Shown: piece by piece, positions 61,831 through 64,000 of the stretch | How positions within the stretch are numbered: position 1 is the stretch's first letter | How the letters are laid out: the number at the start of each line of letters is the position of its first letter | Assembly: GCF_964204645.1 (NCBI RefSeq) | Contig: NC_134026.1 | Span: 17,146,150-17,210,149, forward strand | Direction of reading: 5' to 3' | Source of the DNA: Tubulanus polymorphus | Lineage: Eukaryota; Animalia; Nemertea | DNA: 64,000 nucleotides | The notes under the pieces: model-generated | The model's input: only the letters and a program-made list of their open reading frames with translations | Database searches by the model: none | What the model was told of the DNA's origin: nothing | Position numbers and translations under genes: made by a program

Positions 61831-63350
61831 ATAGGCCTGTACCCAAGATCAAAATTCAGGTTGAAAAACTGAAATATATCAAAAATTGCATCAAAAGTTT
61901 TGGCAATTAACTGTTTTACCATTAGTAGATCTACAAAATCATTGTGTACGTTGATTATGAAATTGCGACGAAGCTAAGAAAAAGGGCCCAAATTTCTTAA
62001 GTGGACACCCCCTGTCATTTGTTATCAATGTATATATAAACATTAAGGTTACGGTTTTTTCAGCATTGAAAAAAAACGGCCATAGAAGTCTAGTATTTAA
62101 GCCCCAATTTTACCACTGAAATGACCTTGGTGGGAGCATGACTTCCTAGTATTTTTCAGGTCAGGAAAAATATTCATCATAGAAATCAAAAGAGGAACAC
62201 TTATTAATTTATAATTACCACATAAATAGTTCAAGTGATTTTTCATGATGATAAAGTTTATTTCGTTTGAAAAACTTTTGTATCTATAATACGCGCTAGT
62301 ATCAGAGCTTAATAGCAGAGCTCTACTCTGTATAGGCCTACATGTATATACACAGAGTAGTACACTGACAGCTCTCACTGCAGTTTGCAGTGTATAAATT
62401 GATTGCATACAAGTGGGTGTCTAACACGTGTGCGGTGGAGAGCGTACAGCGTACATATCAATACCACAAAACAAATTAATCACACAAACAAATTAAACTA
62501 ATTACCGTACAACAATAACAGTCGATGAAACAATTAGGGATACCAGTAATCATTCCCTACTCTGGGAATGAGATAAGGAAAAAACATTTTTGAGTCGCAA
62601 AAACAGTCGGTCGAGCGACTGCAACCACACCCTATTATAGGCCTACAGTACTAGTGTTATTTGTAGATTATTAGGCCTATCCATCCAGGATGTGATCCCA
62701 TGACAGTACATTATAAAATATTTAGGCCTAGGCCTTCAGAAGACCAGAGCAATGATCTCCAGCGGCACTCGGTCTTATCGTTCTTGAAGAAATTGAACGG
62801 CAAGGTTTGACGCTAGCCGCCATGTTTGTCGCGCGCGAGAGGATCGATCATCAACGATAAAATGAACCAAAATTGTGAACAAAGATACAAAGTTAGGGAT
62901 TATGAAACATACCAGCCAAATGTTTGATATGTGCTGATTGAAATGGGGACAATAGGCCTAAGTGACAAGTATCACAAAGGGTATTTTTGTATTTTTTGTT
63001 CAGCGCGCTTAATCGCGGTGTTGTCATATCGCGGAAAGACGGAATCGCGGAATTTTCCAAAAACGCGGAATTTCTTCATTTTCACTATCAATAGTAAACG
63101 GGGTTTTCCCACGGGGATACCCACTGTCGGACAGGGCACCGGACCCAGGTTTTCAACACCGGGAATTAGTATTTGATAATTTATTATATCGCCAGTCAAC
63201 AACTTAACGATACTGTTCCAAATAATGGAGAACCTAGGCAATACGTGTTTGCGAATTCAGTGATACAGAGTATCGCTGCATTAACTGAAGGAATACAAAT
63301 CGATGGTACGTAAACGTAAGATTTGTGATGACACCATGGGTCATTCTCCA

Positions 63351-63457
63351 GGACTCATTTCCGAGTTAAGATTTGACTCTGGTCTCTGGATTTAAAACAT
63401 TGGAAATGAATTGATTCTAAGTAACTGAGAGTTAACTCACAACTGTGGAACTGGATC
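63351..63457. mobile_element. Degenerate copy of the 110-bp MITE
   Basis: GAGTTAAGATTTGAC..TAAAACATTG.AAATGAA..GAGTTAACTC..ACAACTGTGGAACTGG shared with 26219-26328. Confidence 0.65.
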
Positions 63458-64000
63458 GATGTCAGACGAAAATAAATAGACATTATGTATATTTCATTCT
63501 GGCTTAGGATTGTTCATGCGTGTTGTGTGTCTACATTGTTGTTATAAGCGAATGTGGTTTATCTTTTAGAATTAAATGATATGAAAGATTATAAAATGGT
63601 TTCGTTTTTTTAATGTTTACTTTGTGACTGCTATAACATATATGTCCCTATGCTGATTATTTGGATCAAAAGAATCTTATTGGTACCGGTACTGGACGGC
63701 CGTAAAATTATAATAATTTCAAAGGAATTTTAACCGGTACTTGTTTGGTCGTAGGATTTCATGTTTGCAACCATCTACAACTACGGTCCGACACCGCGAA
63801 CGTGCTCAATATTTATCTGATAATATTCGTTTCTGAAGTTCTCAAAAAGTCGATAAACTTCGATAACCGAAGTTTGCCTAGTAGAAATAGACATTAGGTG
63901 CCTGGTCTCTTTCACCCCACTTGATTCTGACTTCTTCTACAGGTGGCAGCCAGGGCCACCTTCGGTTATCTGAGTTAGTCGAGTATAGTCGAACTAAACG

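Noticed and set aside
61830-62016. Tc1/mariner-like end (GGACACCCCCTGT)
   Set aside because: No partner TIR or TA duplication found.

Overview
AT-rich eukaryotic (invertebrate) genomic DNA made almost entirely of nested transposable elements. No host gene can be supported. Main parts: (i) the end of a first Polinton/Maverick (1-~1135). (ii) Two related Kolobok DNA transposons (4201-9832 and 27806-35219) with TTAA TSDs, a spliced THAP-DDE transposase and a convergent KolX gene. (iii) A decayed EnSpm/CACTA-type transposase (13.4-15.6 kb). (iv) A decayed Helentron (peptidase, Rep, PIF1 helicase, AP endonuclease; minus strand) carrying two nests: Penelope fragment with hammerhead ribozyme > Kolobok > 7-bp-TSD element, and a full-length but decayed Polinton (36140-60815; 589-bp TIRs, TAAGTG TSD; pPolB, penton, MCP, ATPase, integrase, HNH) > Academ-like element > (HINE with 154-bp repeats, L2 LINE). 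Most unusual signals: each Polinton TIR starts with a 404-nt fold-back whose mismatches are G-T wobbles on the 3'-terminal strand; a 27-bp GC-rich hairpin micro-insertion occurs three times in the two Polintons; a conserved non-coding hairpin with a compensatory change is shared by both Polintons; a 7-bp-TSD element encodes a RAG1-N/Chapa-like zinc domain plus a convergent spliced gene; and CTCF-consensus motifs are arrayed at 154-bp spacing. All calls come from reading the sequence by eye; no searches were run.
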